Part shown: piece after piece, positions 1-14,420 of the stretch
How positions within the stretch are numbered: the first letter of the stretch is position 1
Layout of the letters: the number at the start of each line of letters is the position of its first letter
DNA from: the human T2T-CHM13v2.0 reference genome, Homo sapiens
Reading direction: 5' to 3' (one strand)
DNA: 64,000 bases
NCBI RefSeq assembly: GCF_009914755.1
Contig: NC_060931.1
Translations under genes and position numbers: made by a program
Notes under the pieces: generated by a model
What the model was told of the DNA's origin: nothing
Databases searched by the model: none
Seen by the model: the letters and a program-made list of their open reading frames with translations, nothing else

Positions 1-729
1 GCTTGCTCTTTTTCCAAAAAAGAGGTGAGATGACAAGTGTCTAGAGGCACTAATTTCTGCACTGTCACTAAAAGAACCAGTGCCCAAGGCCACGAGTGAT
101 CCTAGAACATGTTTTACCAACCCAGGTGCTGAGATGGGTTCGCTTCAGTGTTCCCAGTTTTCCAACTTGGTCTGCTTCAGTGAGGTGTTGTTAGGGGACA
201 TGCACAGATTTCTGACACCTTTTAAATGGGTGTCTCACCTTCCTTATCATCCGTGATTGTGTGCTGCAAATACCAATAATGTTTCTGTTGATTATTCTGG
301 AAATCTATGTGTCTACTGATCACCTGGCTCTTTTAAAAATATTATTACTTACTTATTGTATATATGGTGAGTTTTTGTCTGTGTTTGCCAAAGGTGTCAA
401 ATCAATGATTTAAATCTTTTTTGAATAACTTTAGTTTTGGACATGCCTGACCTGTGTTTGCTTGGTTTTTAAGTAAGCTGTCCGTTAACAGTTCAGTGTC
501 CTCCTCTATTGTTCAAAGACTTCTCAACGCCAGCCTCTCTAGTCCGTCGTCTTTTTATTTCCGCACCTTAAGCTCCACTAAGCCTTAAGTGTCAAGGGCC
601 AGGGCTGCGGTTGCTTTTAGCTATGCCCAGACCTAGGAACGCTTCACGAGAACTTGCTACTGAATGTGTTTACTTCCTTTGCTTTATTTTTCCTCTTGCA
701 AATCAATAGTATTCATAATATAGTTTTAT

Positions 730-1000
730 AAATTAAAATAACTTATTAAAATATTGAGTTAAAACATGATTATACAAGGTTCTTATATGTATATTTCAAG
801 GTGTAGATTTTTGTATAGATGAGTTTGATGGGCATAAAATCCTGGACATTATGTGGGTTAGATTCTCTTCTTCAGTCAACACCAGCATTCCCTACACCTG
901 CAGGCCCTCGTCACTCCCAGGCCATCTCACCATGTCCTGATTTCTCACCCATGGCATGCTTTCCATGCTGTCTTGTTTAAATTCTAATGCTCTGGGGCCT
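730..1000 (-). mobile_element. Old L1M 3' fragment
   Basis: Degraded resemblance to the reverse complement of an L1ME-type 3' UTR. Confidence 0.35.
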
Positions 1001-2939
1001 CTTGTCCCATGGTAGGGATCTTACAGTCAGTCACCCCTGGGGACCTTCCTCTCACTAAATCTAACTGTAAACTCTGGTTATTCAGTGATAAATCAATGCA
1101 CTTTTTTCTATACCTTCTCATATCAATTTTGAATCAGATAACTCCAAAATTATACTGCAGTGCCTACCTGTATTTTTTCTGCTATTTATTTAGTATGCCT
1201 CTCTGAAGAATTCTCCTTTTGTGACTAACAGTCTTACCACCAGTACACCTGGAGCATCCCATCCTCTGCTGGAATATTTGTCCTTATATACCAAACACCT
1301 GTCTTTGTGGGTGTGTGGGGCTAGACTTGGATATGCAAACTACTCTTATCAGATTATGGTACCCTTCTTGAGGACAGGTTTCTGATGTATACGTAAAATG
1401 AGAGAAACTTTTCCCTGAGCTACTGCATTCTAAACCAGCTTGAGAGATTTCCATTGATTGTAAAAGCTGTGAGATAAAGCATGCTTGCTTTGGGAAACCC
1501 AAAGACAAGGTCGAGTATTTTGAGATCTCTAAAGAAGAATAAATGTTCTCATCTTCTTATTTTCACTGCCTCCGGCTGACACTGGGTGAATGCTCATGGG
1601 GGCCACTTTGCAAAGCATCTTCCCAGAATAACCTGCTGCTCGGTGGCATGACTTGCAACATGAGCTATCTTCCAGCCTCCCCGCCCTCACAGGCACAGCA
1701 AGATGCACTCTAAGTACACGCTAAATGGACATCTTGGCCCAGGAAACGACCATGTCAGCAGCAGCCACCACCTCTTTGATGATGAAGGGCAATGATACAG
1801 GTGGGGATGGAGGCAGGAAGCAGATGGTCCCCTGAACTCCCAGCATGCTTTGGCGCCCTGTGAGGTTGATGTGTGTTTCCTTGTTCTGATGGTTTCCCTC
1901 TCGATGGCCTCTCTCATTGGTCTATTTGGAGGCCCATTTCCCATATGCCAGATGTCTCACTATACCTTGGGTAATTGTAACTATTTGAGGAATTTCAAGA
2001 AAATGCCAGCTCATTAGTGACTGAGAGTACTTGACATTCTCTCTGATAAAGGCCAGTTTGTTGAGGAGTTTAAAATTCAACAACATGTAGCACAAAACAG
2101 GACCCAATTTGAAGGAATCAGAGTGTAATCCAAATCTGAATAATGGAGGTATGACCATCGAAAGCCACGGTGTTTTCTACTGAATTGGATTTTCATACAA
2201 TGTGATCCCATCCTTATATTTTTTATAGATGTCAAAGTGATGACTGGATTCATAGACCTATAAAGTAGGAAAGTAAAAACTCTATTGAATGGTAATACTG
2301 GAGGAAGACACATTCTAACCAGCAAAATACAATGTTTACCTCAAAATCACCAGAAAATAAAAGCCCTTTTATTCCTCTCCTTATCACTGCTCTGTGAGCA
2401 GGACTTTACAAGTGGATTTTAAATGACTTTTCTTGTTGAAGACACTGCAGTTCCACCCAAACTTGTTGCTTCAAAGCTCAGCAGCCACTACCTATGAGTA
2501 ACATCATGGCGTCAGTATCTGTGTTTTCCGCCTCGGGGGACCATTGTGAAATACGAGAACCAGGCTAAAGCCATAACAACTCCAGGAAAGCAGCTGTCAA
2601 TACCATTTTTCAATGTATTTGCCCTTTCATTTTAAAAGAGAACGTGTCACAATGGTGATAATATTGCACCTGACAAAGTGTGCTGCAGCTGGATGGAAGA
2701 AAACCTAAAGAGCAAATTTATCCTGGAATGAAAAATGTCGCGTAAGACTGCCTCCATCCTTAACAAGAATATTATGAAATCATCCCCCAAAGAGACCATC
2801 TACCCCTTACTTCAAATTAATCCAGAAAAGAATTTGACCACTACCCCTGACACAGTCAATAATTATTTACAGCACATCAGACACCTGATGATATTTAGCA
2901 CCAAATCCAAGAGTAAGTCACAACCACAGCATTCAGGCC

Positions 2940-3125
2940 AGTCTGTAGGACTCAGAGCCAGCTCCCTGACTTTCCAGTCTGTAATTTGGGGAAAGTTCTT
3001 GAACATTTCTAAGTCTCAGTTTCCCCATCTGTAAAACAGGGCTAATAATTGTACTCAATATATAGGTTCCTCGTGATAATTTAGTGCCACCTCTTCGCAC
3101 CGTGTTGTCAGTAAATGTTGGCTGC
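2940..3125 (+). mobile_element. MIR SINE
   Basis: MIR core 'tctaagtctcagtttccccatctgtaaaacagggctaataat'. Confidence 0.85.
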
Positions 3126-3263
3126 CATCACGGTTGTTGAGATCTCACATCTGCATGCATGGTGCCTTTGTGAGGCTTTCTCTCAGTGATGATCCAGGAT
3201 GTGGATGGTCAAGAGCATTGTTACACAAATGCCTGGTTGGCTGAACAATGAATAAAGGGTATG

Positions 3264-3653
<390 letters not shown>

Positions 3654-3829
3654 CTAGAAGAAGACATAGAAGACATGTCCTTGAGTGGAGAAAATGCCTG
3701 TAAGCTGGAAGGTCACATTCATTTAGAGGTGTGGGGTGCCGGCTGTGCAGCCCTCAAATGCTGATACAACCCTGAAAATCAATGAAGAAAAGATGCAGCA
3801 GCCAGACCAGCCTCGAATTTTAAAATAAA

Positions 3830-4100
3830 ATCTGCTCAACCGAACTGCAGGTGACATGCAAAGCTAGGAGAGACAGCAATAAAATCAATGACGAATCAAG
3901 ATTCAACTCTACCTGGAGAAGCTGAGATGAGCCCTTGAGAGCGTGCCTGCAGTTCAACTGGAAGGAAGGTGAAAACCCTGCCCTTGAAATTTTAAATCAG
4001 CTACCAACTACTGGGGTCAGGAAGCCTCGTCTACCTCAATCTCTCAAACAAACGACACTCTAGGGTTTGTGGTTGAATGACAAATTCAAGAAGCCTACAT
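3830..4100 (+). mobile_element. L3/CR1 LINE fragment (RT region)
   Basis: 'gcaggtgacatgcaaagctaggagagacagc...gaatcaagattcaa...ctagggtttgtggttgaatgacaaattcaa' follows the CR1 RT segment around ADDTKL. Confidence 0.7.
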
Positions 4101-4339
4101 GGAGATATGTATCACATCATGGAAGGCTGCACAAAACAGGTACAATCAGGCGTCCTACGTAAAAGTTCAGACAAAACCATGAACTAAAGCCACTGCTCAT
4201 TTTAGATTGACATTCAAAGCTCTGCTCAAGTCCGAATGCTTTATTTGAATCGAGGTGGCGCACAGTCCGGATGCGTCCAAGCGGAGCTAACGAGACAGAG
4301 GGGGGCCCGCAGCTGTTTACTGACCCACTCCTGCTGTCA

Positions 4340-4885
<546 letters not shown>

Positions 4886-5264
4886 TCATTTCCATTGTGA
4901 AAAATATTCACAGACGCTGAGAATGACTGTAGGAGACTGGGAAGGCAACACTTGGGTGGAATGGAGAGTCTCGCTAACTTTCTTCAAATATTCGGTACTT
5001 TTTGTGTTGCTCTAAGACAAAGAACTAGAAGAACTATTAAGTAGGAATAAAAGAAGACACATTTGGGCACAATATAAGGAAGCACAGCATAACCAAGCTG
5101 GCCGAAAATTCAGTGGTGATGTTACCAGGTGGTCAGTGCCCATCATAGGAGGGGCAGGATCAGAGCTGGCCACTGGCCAAAGTCATCCCGGCAGTGCCCC
5201 CTGTGTGACCGTGACATAGACTGTGTGACTTCTGAGACCCTTCCACCTCTCCTGGTTCCATCCA

Positions 5265-5385
5265 GAATCTCGCAGACTCTAAGGGATGATGTCTTTTTAA
5301 CCTTCATATCCTCCACGGTCAGCACATGCCCTAGAACCTAAGGGGTATGTAAGAGTTTTTTTTTCAATTAATGAATGAATTGAAT
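5265..5385 (+). mobile_element. L2 3' end
   Basis: L2 terminal pattern ending in 'aatgaatgaattgaa'. Confidence 0.6.
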
Positions 5386-6459
5386 AATTGGAACTATGAT
5401 TTATCCATGGAGACTGTTCACACATTGGTAAAGAAAGTACATCTTTGTACAATGTTATTTTGCAGATTTTTTAAAGCCATCATAATAGCAACATTTCTCT
5501 CAAAAAGCCATGTTTCTCCTTTTAACCATGTCCTCATGCCTCAAATTCTATTAGGGACCGCCCCTCCCCCCTTGAGTTAATCATTGTTACTTTTTATTAA
5601 AATATATGTTGGTATCACTTTAAGTTTTCTTTTGGAAAACTTAAATAATGGGTTTTTGGAAAGAACAAATCCAGCTTCTGTGGGAACAGTGCACAGAGCA
5701 GACAGATTTGATTGGGGGACATGTGGGAGAAAGACCGGAATTCTGAGGAGCACATGAGTGCAGGGGCACTTGGTGTGTCCTTGGCGTGGGGTCCTGGGGA
5801 AGGCGGGAAGGGAGGATGTCGGTGGGGACCCATGAGCCGCTCTCCTCTGGGCAGCCTGACCTCCTCTCCAACCACCTCCCCTTATCTCACCCTGCACCTG
5901 GGGACACAGAGGCCCGTTCCACCGTCCTCCTCTCATTTACCTCACCTCCTTGGTGCCTCTGCATTCCAGACTCTTCTAAGACATGCATGTTACTGAAGAG
6001 CAGGGAGGTTTAGGGATGATGAGGGTGTGGGAGGAAAGAGAGGGCATCCCATCAAGAAGTAAATGCCACAGTAGCATCCAAACAGTAGAAGATGCTGGTG
6101 ATGTGGTGCTGAGTGACAGCAATTTTACTATGATGTGCCAGAGAAAAAAATCTATCCCAATAGCTAGAGTCAAAGAAGTACGAGGGCCCCCCATACAACT
6201 GAGCTGGGCTTCAAGGAACAAGCCGTAGAGAGGGTGGTGGGGATGGGCCCAAGCCAGGCAGTCAGGGCTTATGCGGCCCGTGATTGTCTCCTGCCCTGGA
6301 TGGGAGCTGGGGGATCTCGACGGGATTGAGACTGCAGAAGTTAATAACTCTACCTTTGAAAGGACTGTGACAGCAGCACTGACTGAGACGGCCCCTGCGC
6401 CATGAAACAAAAGACTACAACTCCAGGGCTAAGGCGAGGAACACAGTGGAGACCCGGGT

Positions 6460-6900
6460 GATTATCAATTGACATAGTTTAACTTGAAGAGTTACATTTG
6501 TGTGGCCCTTTCTACAATGACCTTGGTCAATATGTACAGAATTTTGCTTTACGAAATGCCTCTCTTGGTGTTTTCTTTAAAAAACTTTCCAAGCACCAAT
6601 AAGCATTTGCTTACAGCTTCTTAATTACTCAAAGGAATCAGGCAGAGAGATTTTTAATGTTTTAGTAGCTGATGTTGATTGAAAATCAATCAGAAATTAG
6701 GGTAGGATTTCCATCTCTGAGAGGATTACATAAGTCAATAGAGAAATGCATTTAGATTTTGGAAGATTCCATTTTCAGACAACTTTTACGATGACATCAT
6801 CTCCATGAAGTCAACACTCGAGTCATAAATCAGCACCTAAAAATAGAAAATCCCTAACCGAGCCATCCAGTCCCGTCAGGACTTTCATGCGTCTCCTAAA
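6460..6900. promoter_or_regulatory. Candidate enhancer rich in HOX/PBX motifs
   Basis: No repeat recognised; GTCATAAATCA (PBX-HOX type, 6822-6832), TTTTACGA (posterior HOX, 6784-6791), TGACATCA, several ATCAAT. Confidence 0.35.
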
Positions 6901-9900
6901 ACAGGAGCAGCATTGAGGCTATTTCAGGTGAGCAAAACGACCCCTGAATGGGCAGTGAAGCATTAAGTCACTTCTGCTGCAGTGGAAAGGCTCTGCATGC
7001 TAATGAGTCCTTTAATCCTCCTTCCCAGCCCACGGGCCACAGTCAGCAGAGGCCTCCATCCCACGGGAGGCAGCGTTCTCACAGAGAATCCTTACACAGC
7101 TGTAGGACATACTGGAGAGCCAGGCCAGGTCTTGCAAGGTAGAGCCAACCCATGCCCTATCATCCCGCAGGGGCAGTGGGCCTGGCCAAGAAGTTTCCCA
7201 GGGTGGCGCCCCTGCCTCAGCTGCCCTCCTGACTCAGCAGCAACGCGTGAGTGAACAGTGGGGATGGGCTTGCTCTCTCCCTGCTGCCCAACTGCAACCC
7301 ACTAAAGCCCTACTTCCCCTACTGCCTCAGGATCAGCCCTAGATCTGGCAACCAACCAGGCCAGGCACCAGCTTGTGTTTGTGAAGTGTCCACCACGAGC
7401 AGGCGTGATGCTAGGCACAGTGACAAAATCAAAGATTCCCCTTCAAAATATACCCCAAAAGGTCATCCACAGCATAAATTAGCCTCCTCCTAGAAATCAT
7501 CAGACCATGGGTCTCGAAGGAAACAGCAAGGGCTGAGGACGTTGGACAAGGTGTCTGTGGGCTCAGAAGGAGTGCAGCCTTGGAGACTGGGCAGACTTCG
7601 CAAAACACAGCGGCTCCCAGTGAAGAGAAGGCAGGTGCAGAGCACAGGGTGGGCACAGCCTCAGCTCGCCCCTGCTCACCCCGGCAAGGAGTTGCATGCA
7701 TCTGTTGCTCTCCTGTTTCTGCCTCTAACTATGTCCCTCTGTGTTTTACGGATATGGCAGCTGTGCCAGCTTCAAAGAGTTCCTTTCCTGGAGCAAAGTT
7801 TCCTCTCCTGTGAATCCTGCAGCCGCACTCCATGGGAGAAGGGCTCCTGAACAGAGATGTGACCCAAGAGCAGGCAGCTTCTGAGGAAGAAGAGCCTTTG
7901 ACTGCCGTGAAGGGGACAAGCAGCCCCCCAAGTCACCGCGGTCACCACGCACTGATGCCCTGTCTGCACACGCTTTCCACAGCCGTGACTTCCCTCCAGC
8001 CAAAACCACCACAAACCAGTCTAGCGTGTCTTGAGCCCCAAATAACATAGGAACGGCAGGCCACTGGGGTCAGGCAGTCACGCAGGTACTTCATTGCTTG
8101 GTTGGGTTAATCATATTGCTTAAGGAGGTTTCAGCAAGAGAAGTGACAAAACCAGCCGCGGGGATGTCAAAAGGCATCAGAAAAGGGATCCGTCTTGGGA
8201 ATTATTATTAGGACACAATTTTTATTGCCTAGTAAGAGCCACAGATACTGCTGGAAACACAATAGAGCCACGGGGACTTTCTATGTCATCCTAATAGGCC
8301 GCGGCCCGCTGGGGTGGGAGCAGTTCCGATCGCTGAACAGGAGGTGGAGAGGGTCAGACTTCAGTTCCAGTTTGAGATCACATGCATCATTTTCACCATT
8401 AACCCTCAATCTTCACACTGTTGTTTGTTTGTTTGTCTGTTTGAAGCATGGAGGCATACACAGAAACGCCACCTGCCTTTGTTGCTGCTGCTGTTATTTT
8501 GGTTTAGTTTGGTTTTGTCCGGGCTCAAAGGCAGCACTAGGTTTTGGCGGAAAAATGAAGTTGGACCCCATGGGACACGTGTCGTGGTTGCAATTTTATC
8601 ATTTCAAGAAGCAATTCAATGTTTTCATTAAAACATGTAGAAATACAAAAAGGACATTCGAAATGTCATAATGGCTTGGCTAATTTCCTATCCACAACAG
8701 GCCTTTCGGCACAAACTTCTTGGAAGACTTTAGTCTCTTGAGTGAGGCTCTCTTTAGAACTCCTAGTTATTTCGTAGGGAAACGAGGTCAGACTGAGATG
8801 TGGCATTGCAAGCTGCTCTGAATGGAACGGCAACAAAATGACCAAGGAAAGCCCAGGCCCCAGGGCACAGCTGCCAAAGTGCATTTCCGTGTCTCTCAAC
8901 TGCACCCTTTCCATCTGGAGCAGGCTCCTCTTCCAGTGAATTCTGATACTGAGGAACTCCTGCCACATGGCCTCTCCTGAATATCAGAGCCCAGGGCCTC
9001 CCTTGTATAGATTTCTGGACCCTGCTTCCAAACCTCAGACCAAAACTTACACTTCCTCACCTGCTCTGTAACCAGGACACCTTGCTGACCGATCTGGCCT
9101 CCTTCGTTCAGAGATGACCTTGTCCCGAGGCGTCAGCTTCTGCATAACCCAGGAGCCCAGCATTGCTGAGACGCATCAGCTTTGGTCAGAGCCACTGACC
9201 AACACAGCAGGGACCAGGGCCAGTTACCCTCTGACTGGCACTTAAACTAGCTGGACAGCCTCAGTTCTCAAACACTTTTTTTGTGGATCACTTTTGCACT
9301 TATGGTTTTTCTCCATTTCTTTGAATTGGTTCAGGCATTACTAAGAGGTTTTAAAATAATATGCTAGTGTATTTTAACCACTAAAGCAAGGAAAAAGCAA
9401 CAAGCAAAATTTTTCCCAGTGGCAGTTCCAAAATATTGCCCCACTGACCTACCTCTCCTGCTCCACTATGCCACCCCAAAAGAGAGCTCAGAAAAAGAAA
9501 GTAGAGCCCAAATCCCTGTTTCAGACACCAAACAAGAAGTGTCATTTTTTCTTAAATTTGCATGACTATATTATTAATTAATTAAGCACTCCACAAATCT
9601 TTTAATTAAGTGCCTACTCTGTTGCCAGGCATTATTCTGTGCAATTTATCCCAGAAGCCTTGAAAGAAAAAGACAAATTCCCCAACAGGGTAATCATTTC
9701 TAATGGCAAGTCATTGCTGGGAGCGTGTGAGCTCCTTGGGGAAGCACAGTAATATCTTCTGTTGCGTTACTATTTAAGTGATCACGTCGGGAAGCATTTG
9801 TTTCAGAAGTCCTCAGTAGACCGGAGGATCAGAATTAGGCAGCAGCAGTTAAGAGCTGGGGGTGAAAAGGATTCATCTCCAATCTCTCCCCAGGGTGAGC

Positions 9901-10094
9901 CTGAACTGGGGGGCACTCTGCACCCAGCACAGCTTAGTCATCATTGTCTGTGTGTGACCAGGCTCTCCTGGCACTGGTCTCATGGAATCTGAGAGATGTG
10001 TCCTACTGTTCACACTTGGGGGGTGGGCACCTCCAGGAAGGTGGGTTCGTGTCAGGGTTTTACCCAAGGGTTCCCCGCAGGTTCCAGGTAAACA

Positions 10095-10275
10095 GGCACT
10101 GAGCTTGAAACCAAGAAACTGGGTCCTGCCCCACACTTGCTACCCAGGTGCTGTTGTGCAACGGTTTACCTCTCTCTTACAGTTTCTGTGCTGAAAATGA
10201 GGTTAGAAATGCCTGTCTTGGGATTGTCATGAGACTCAGATTAGAAAATAACTCTGAAAGTGCTTTTGTGAACCA
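10095..10275 (+). mobile_element. MIR-family SINE
   Basis: 'ttacctctctcttacagtttctgtgctgaaaatgagg...gggattgtcatgagactcagattagaaaataactctgaaagtgctt'. Confidence 0.65.
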
Positions 10276-11539
10276 AACGTCACCACTCAAGGATATAGTT
10301 ATGAGTATGGTTACTAATGCAAGCTTGGTGGTGGGGTTTGCAAGAAGACATCTGGACCTGGGCCCAGCCTGGAGCCATGCATTTTAGCTCCCCTCCGACG
10401 AGGGGGTGAGACGGCAGAAGAGGAGGAGCTCCAGAAATGACACCAGGAAGATGGGTGGTTGGGGAAAGGTCGTAAAGGTCGTGCATGTATTAAACAGGAT
10501 TCAAGACATGGAAGCAGTAGTGTTGGCGCCAAGAGAGTTGAGGATGATAGGCTGCTGAGAGACGGGAGAGGGCAGAGGTTTGGGAGCAGATGTGTTGGAA
10601 TCATTGCTGGGCAGGTGAAGAATATTCACCTCTTCATCAACAATTGAAAAACTCATGACTGCCCGTTAGACTGGGAAGCCGCCATTGGAAGGTCAATATT
10701 CCTAAGCGCATCTTGCTCCTGTGGTGCTTGCCAGTCGTGGCTGGTTCTCGAGCCTCCCATCCGTCCCCTGGGGCCACGTTCAGACACAAACTCTACGCAT
10801 CCTGATGAAAAAGTGCACCTGCTAAGCCACGTGCAGAGGATCTCTCACAGAATCTCACAATTACACACGCGAATGGGCCCCTCTCCTGCATGCAAACCAA
10901 TGAAATAGATCACACCCAGCTCCGCATCCCCAGGCTTCTCACCGGCTGCCTTGGATGCCCCATCAGGAGCCTTCCAAGACAGCAGCGCTGCTCATGAATA
11001 TGTCACTACAGCCCCCTGCGCTGACTCAATGGTTTGCATTTTTTATTCCGTGTTCTCTGACATGGAATTTACAAACAACTGAACCAGAAGAAACTGGATG
11101 GTGCCCCCTGCCTGACCCCTCTTTGATGTACAAGGAAACTGAGGCCCTGAAAGCAGAGGTGGCCCCACCCCCCTGCAGACCAGATTCTCCGTGGCACCAC
11201 CGGGGCTCACAGGAGAAAGTCATGGTCCCTGCCTGGAAGTCAGCTGCATGGCAGTTGGTGACGTCCTGTCCTCACATTTTGAACTCTCAATGAAGAGACG
11301 CACTCTGTGTGTGAGCCCTGCTTCCAGGTGGGGCCCATGTGTGGTCAGGACCTACCCACCGCAGCCTCCTCCTGCTCGCATAGGCACATGCTGGCACCAA
11401 AATGCTGAGTTCAGCCCCAGCCCGCCGGCAGCTCAGGACCAGCCCAGCTTCTGACCATCACGTTTCGGCTGCACTGAGGTTGAGGCTGGTCCCGGGTGTC
11501 TGCTCTGCGTCTCCCTGGGAAGGCCCACCCCCTCGGTCT

Positions 11540-11630
11540 GAGGGGCATGTTGGTTTCTCACGTGCCCCAGCCCTTTGCAGGGTCCTGGGCATGCAGCTGG
11601 CGCTCATTAAACCAACACTTCATTGAATTG
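11540..11630 (+). mobile_element. L2 3' end
   Basis: 'ccccagccctttgcagggtcctgggcatgcagctggcgctcattaaa...ttgaattg'. Confidence 0.55.
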
Positions 11631-11719
11631 GCTGTCCCCTTGTCAATGCTGAGATTTTTCTCCTGACTTTCCCCGCCAGTTTCACTGTGGGTTTTACATT
11701 TCAACCTAAATTGGTTTGA

Positions 11720-11810
11720 AATCTCACAACTGATTTAAGTAACCCGGAAGGTGAGTCTTTTCCCACTTTGCAGATGAGGAAACTGAAACACCGAGAGTTT
11801 GAGAAGGAGG
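11720..11810 (-). mobile_element. MIR core
   Basis: 'cccactttgcagatgaggaaactgaaacaccgagag'. Confidence 0.8.
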
Positions 11811-11984
11811 GCTGAGGCCCCCGCGGAAGAGCAGCTGGCCTGTGGGTGCCTTTCTTATCAGGAATGAACCAACGGTGAACAAGGCCAAACTCAAGCCTTC
11901 CATTTTCTGGCTGATCCTGGGCAAAGCAGTTGGTGGCAGAGCAGGTGGGAAAATCCGTCTACAGGAACGGGAGGTGGCGGAGCT

Positions 11985-12100
11985 GCAGGTTTCGGCTCCA
12001 GCAGTCACTTGTCACCTTAGGCTGTTTGACCCCTCTGGGCCTCAACACCTCATCCATAAAATGAGAAGTCTGGACAGGAGCAGTGGCTAAGACCAGATGA
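11985..12100 (+). mobile_element. MIR3/MIR fragment
   Basis: 'gacccctctgggcctcaacacctcatccataaaatgagaagtctggac'. Confidence 0.7.
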
Positions 12101-12874
12101 TTTCCACCATCCTAGGAAACGAGACGTGCGGACCACTCTGTCCACCTTCCTTTCGTGGTTAAGAACCTGTGTTTTCCTTTGTGCTGAGCTGACAGGCTGA
12201 CCTTTAAATGATAAACTGAGCACTTGTTGAAGAGAAGGAGTGCTTTCCCTGAAAAGCAGACTGATGGCCATTCACAGCAGCCACGGGAAACAGGAGAACC
12301 AAGGCCCAGGTCCAGACCAGGACTCGCAGGCAGGGCGAGAAGGCAGGGCCGGGCTCTATGCTTTCCCCCTGGGGCTGCCGCACTTGGAGGTCCGGTGTCC
12401 ACACACCCTCCTTCTCTCCCCTCTGCAGCCTGCCCCTGTCACCCTGAGTCCTCTCACCCAGGGAATTCCACAGAGGGAATCCTCCTGCCTTCAATGGGTC
12501 CCTGAGCCCCTACGAGGAGTTTCGGGAAGAGTGAGAGGGAGGAGGCTTCACAGTCCGGCATTCCTGGGGCCTTTATTCCGAGTGACATGTTGCCACGTGG
12601 CAGCCACTTGTGAGGCGACTCCAGTCACCCTGCACAGGATGGCTTCAGCGGCACTGCGAAAGAATCTCACCCTGAGCATGCCACAGCCTCCCACATTTGC
12701 TCCATGGCCGTGACTGCGGCAGCGTTCCTAGCAGACCTTGAACAGACGAGGCCCAGCAGCATCCTCAGAAGAGGAGAGGGAAGCTCGCAGCGCAGGCCCC
12801 AGGCCACAGCCTTAGATGACCTTCTGTTTGCTCTCGGGACACGCAGATGGGCCAGAGCGTTGGCTGTGCCCGCA

Positions 12875-13020
12875 CCCTAGATCATCTGGTTCCGCTTCTT
12901 CATTGTATGGAAAAATAAGAGACCAGGAGGGTTTTGATAATTTAGGCAAGGTCATAAGCCAGTCAGTCAAGGCTTGAAGAAGATCCACGCTTCCTAATTT
13001 TTTGACTGTGCTCTCTGGCC
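12875..13020 (-). mobile_element. MIR3 fragment
   Basis: 'agatcatctggttccgcttcttcattgtatggaaaaataagagaccaggaggg...caaggtcat'. Confidence 0.6.
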
Positions 13021-13294
13021 TACTGTGATGTCTTTGTTTAACACCTCCCTGTGAGGGATAGCCTCCTTTTATGAATGGAGAAGTGAATTAATGAGTATAA
13101 TATAAATAAATTAATAAAGCCCTTCCAAATTGGACGATACTGGTAACGCCAAAGAATGTGCCTACTAATACATAAAAATTAAAGAAAGACAAATGCAACT
13201 TGTGAACACAGCATCTCAAAGACACGGTTTTAACTGAGCCCCAGCTAAAGAGCTTAGCTATCTACAATAGTTTAACTAATTGGTGATTTACTTA

Positions 13295-13700
13295 TATTTA
13301 TGCAAATTCAACCAGCACTGAGCACCATTTACTATCTAGCACCATATTACAATGTGAAAGTCACAGTGGAGATAAAAATACATAAAGAACATTCCCTGCC
13401 ATCAAGTAGCCTATTCTTCCAGTAGAAACAACGAGGTAGAAAGAAAAAACAAGGGCACAGTGGTTAAACGCTCAGACAAATTTAGAAAGTGTGAGAATGG
13501 CTGGCCAGTTAAACAGTAAACGGTCATTGGCTGAACGTCTTGGGTGGAGTTCAGTGCTCTTTTCCAGGTTTCAATTCCTTCAATTGATAAAGTTAGGGAA
13601 TTTTAATTTCCTAATAATGTCACTTCTGAGATTCTCTGTTCTGTATGATCTCAGGGAAGACTGCTTTGATGAGGTGGGACTTAGGAGCTCAGTAAGATGA
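13295..13700 (-). mobile_element. L2 fragment
   Basis: Antisense L2 3' region: 'ctgagcacc...ttccctgccatcaagtagcctattct...cagggaagactgctttgatgaggtgggactt'. Confidence 0.55.
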
Positions 13701-13859
13701 AAGGCACCTCACCATCTTTGCTGCAACTGCAAGCTGTGGACCCACTGATGACAATGTCAAGCCTATCTTTACCTCTGAACAATACCTACACCAAAAAAAT
13801 CTCTTTAAAATCTTTATTACTTTCACTTTAAAAAACCTTTCCCTCAACATTTAATCTTT

Positions 13860-14420
13860 CATTAGACATGCCAGCCAGTCACTTGGGATGCCCAGGCAGA
13901 GCTGGCAGGCGGAGGACGTGGGACACTGGAAGGGCCAGTTGTGTTAGGCAATCACTGCAATTGCCAAACTGGTTTTTTCCACTCCAGCCTAATTTTCTGT
14001 TGTAATTTATCAGTTACGCAAAGGTTGGATCAGCTCTTGGAAAAACAACCCCCTCTCTGAATTAGAGGCACTGCAAGAGTTGAGTTCTAAAGAGAAGGTT
14101 CATGGAGCATTCGACGGGGAGGACATTGCAGGGAAGCAGACTCCTCTCAGCACAGGGCTGCCTGCAGAGTCATCATCCTTCCCTTGCCAAAGCCTTAAAA
14201 ACTCATCTCTGCTTTCACTTTTACAGCAATTATTAATCTTCTGCCACTCAAGTTTCCATCCTTCTTAAACCACCAATATTTTAACCTGCATATCCCCTAA
14301 GTCAGTTATGGATAAACTAGGACAATTTAGGAAACGCACACACAATACAGGCTATTAAACATCTGTACAATAATTAAACCCAAGTAAGCCAGGCCTGCAT
14401 GGTGCAAGATTGCTGACATG
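13860..14420. promoter_or_regulatory. Candidate enhancer (homeodomain and C/EBP motifs)
   Basis: No repeat recognised; many TAAT/ATTA sites and TTACGCAA at 14014-14021. Confidence 0.3.

Noticed and set aside
1-480. U-rich stretch reminiscent of a 3' UTR
   Set aside because: No AATAAA/ATTAAA signal and no upstream exon in the window
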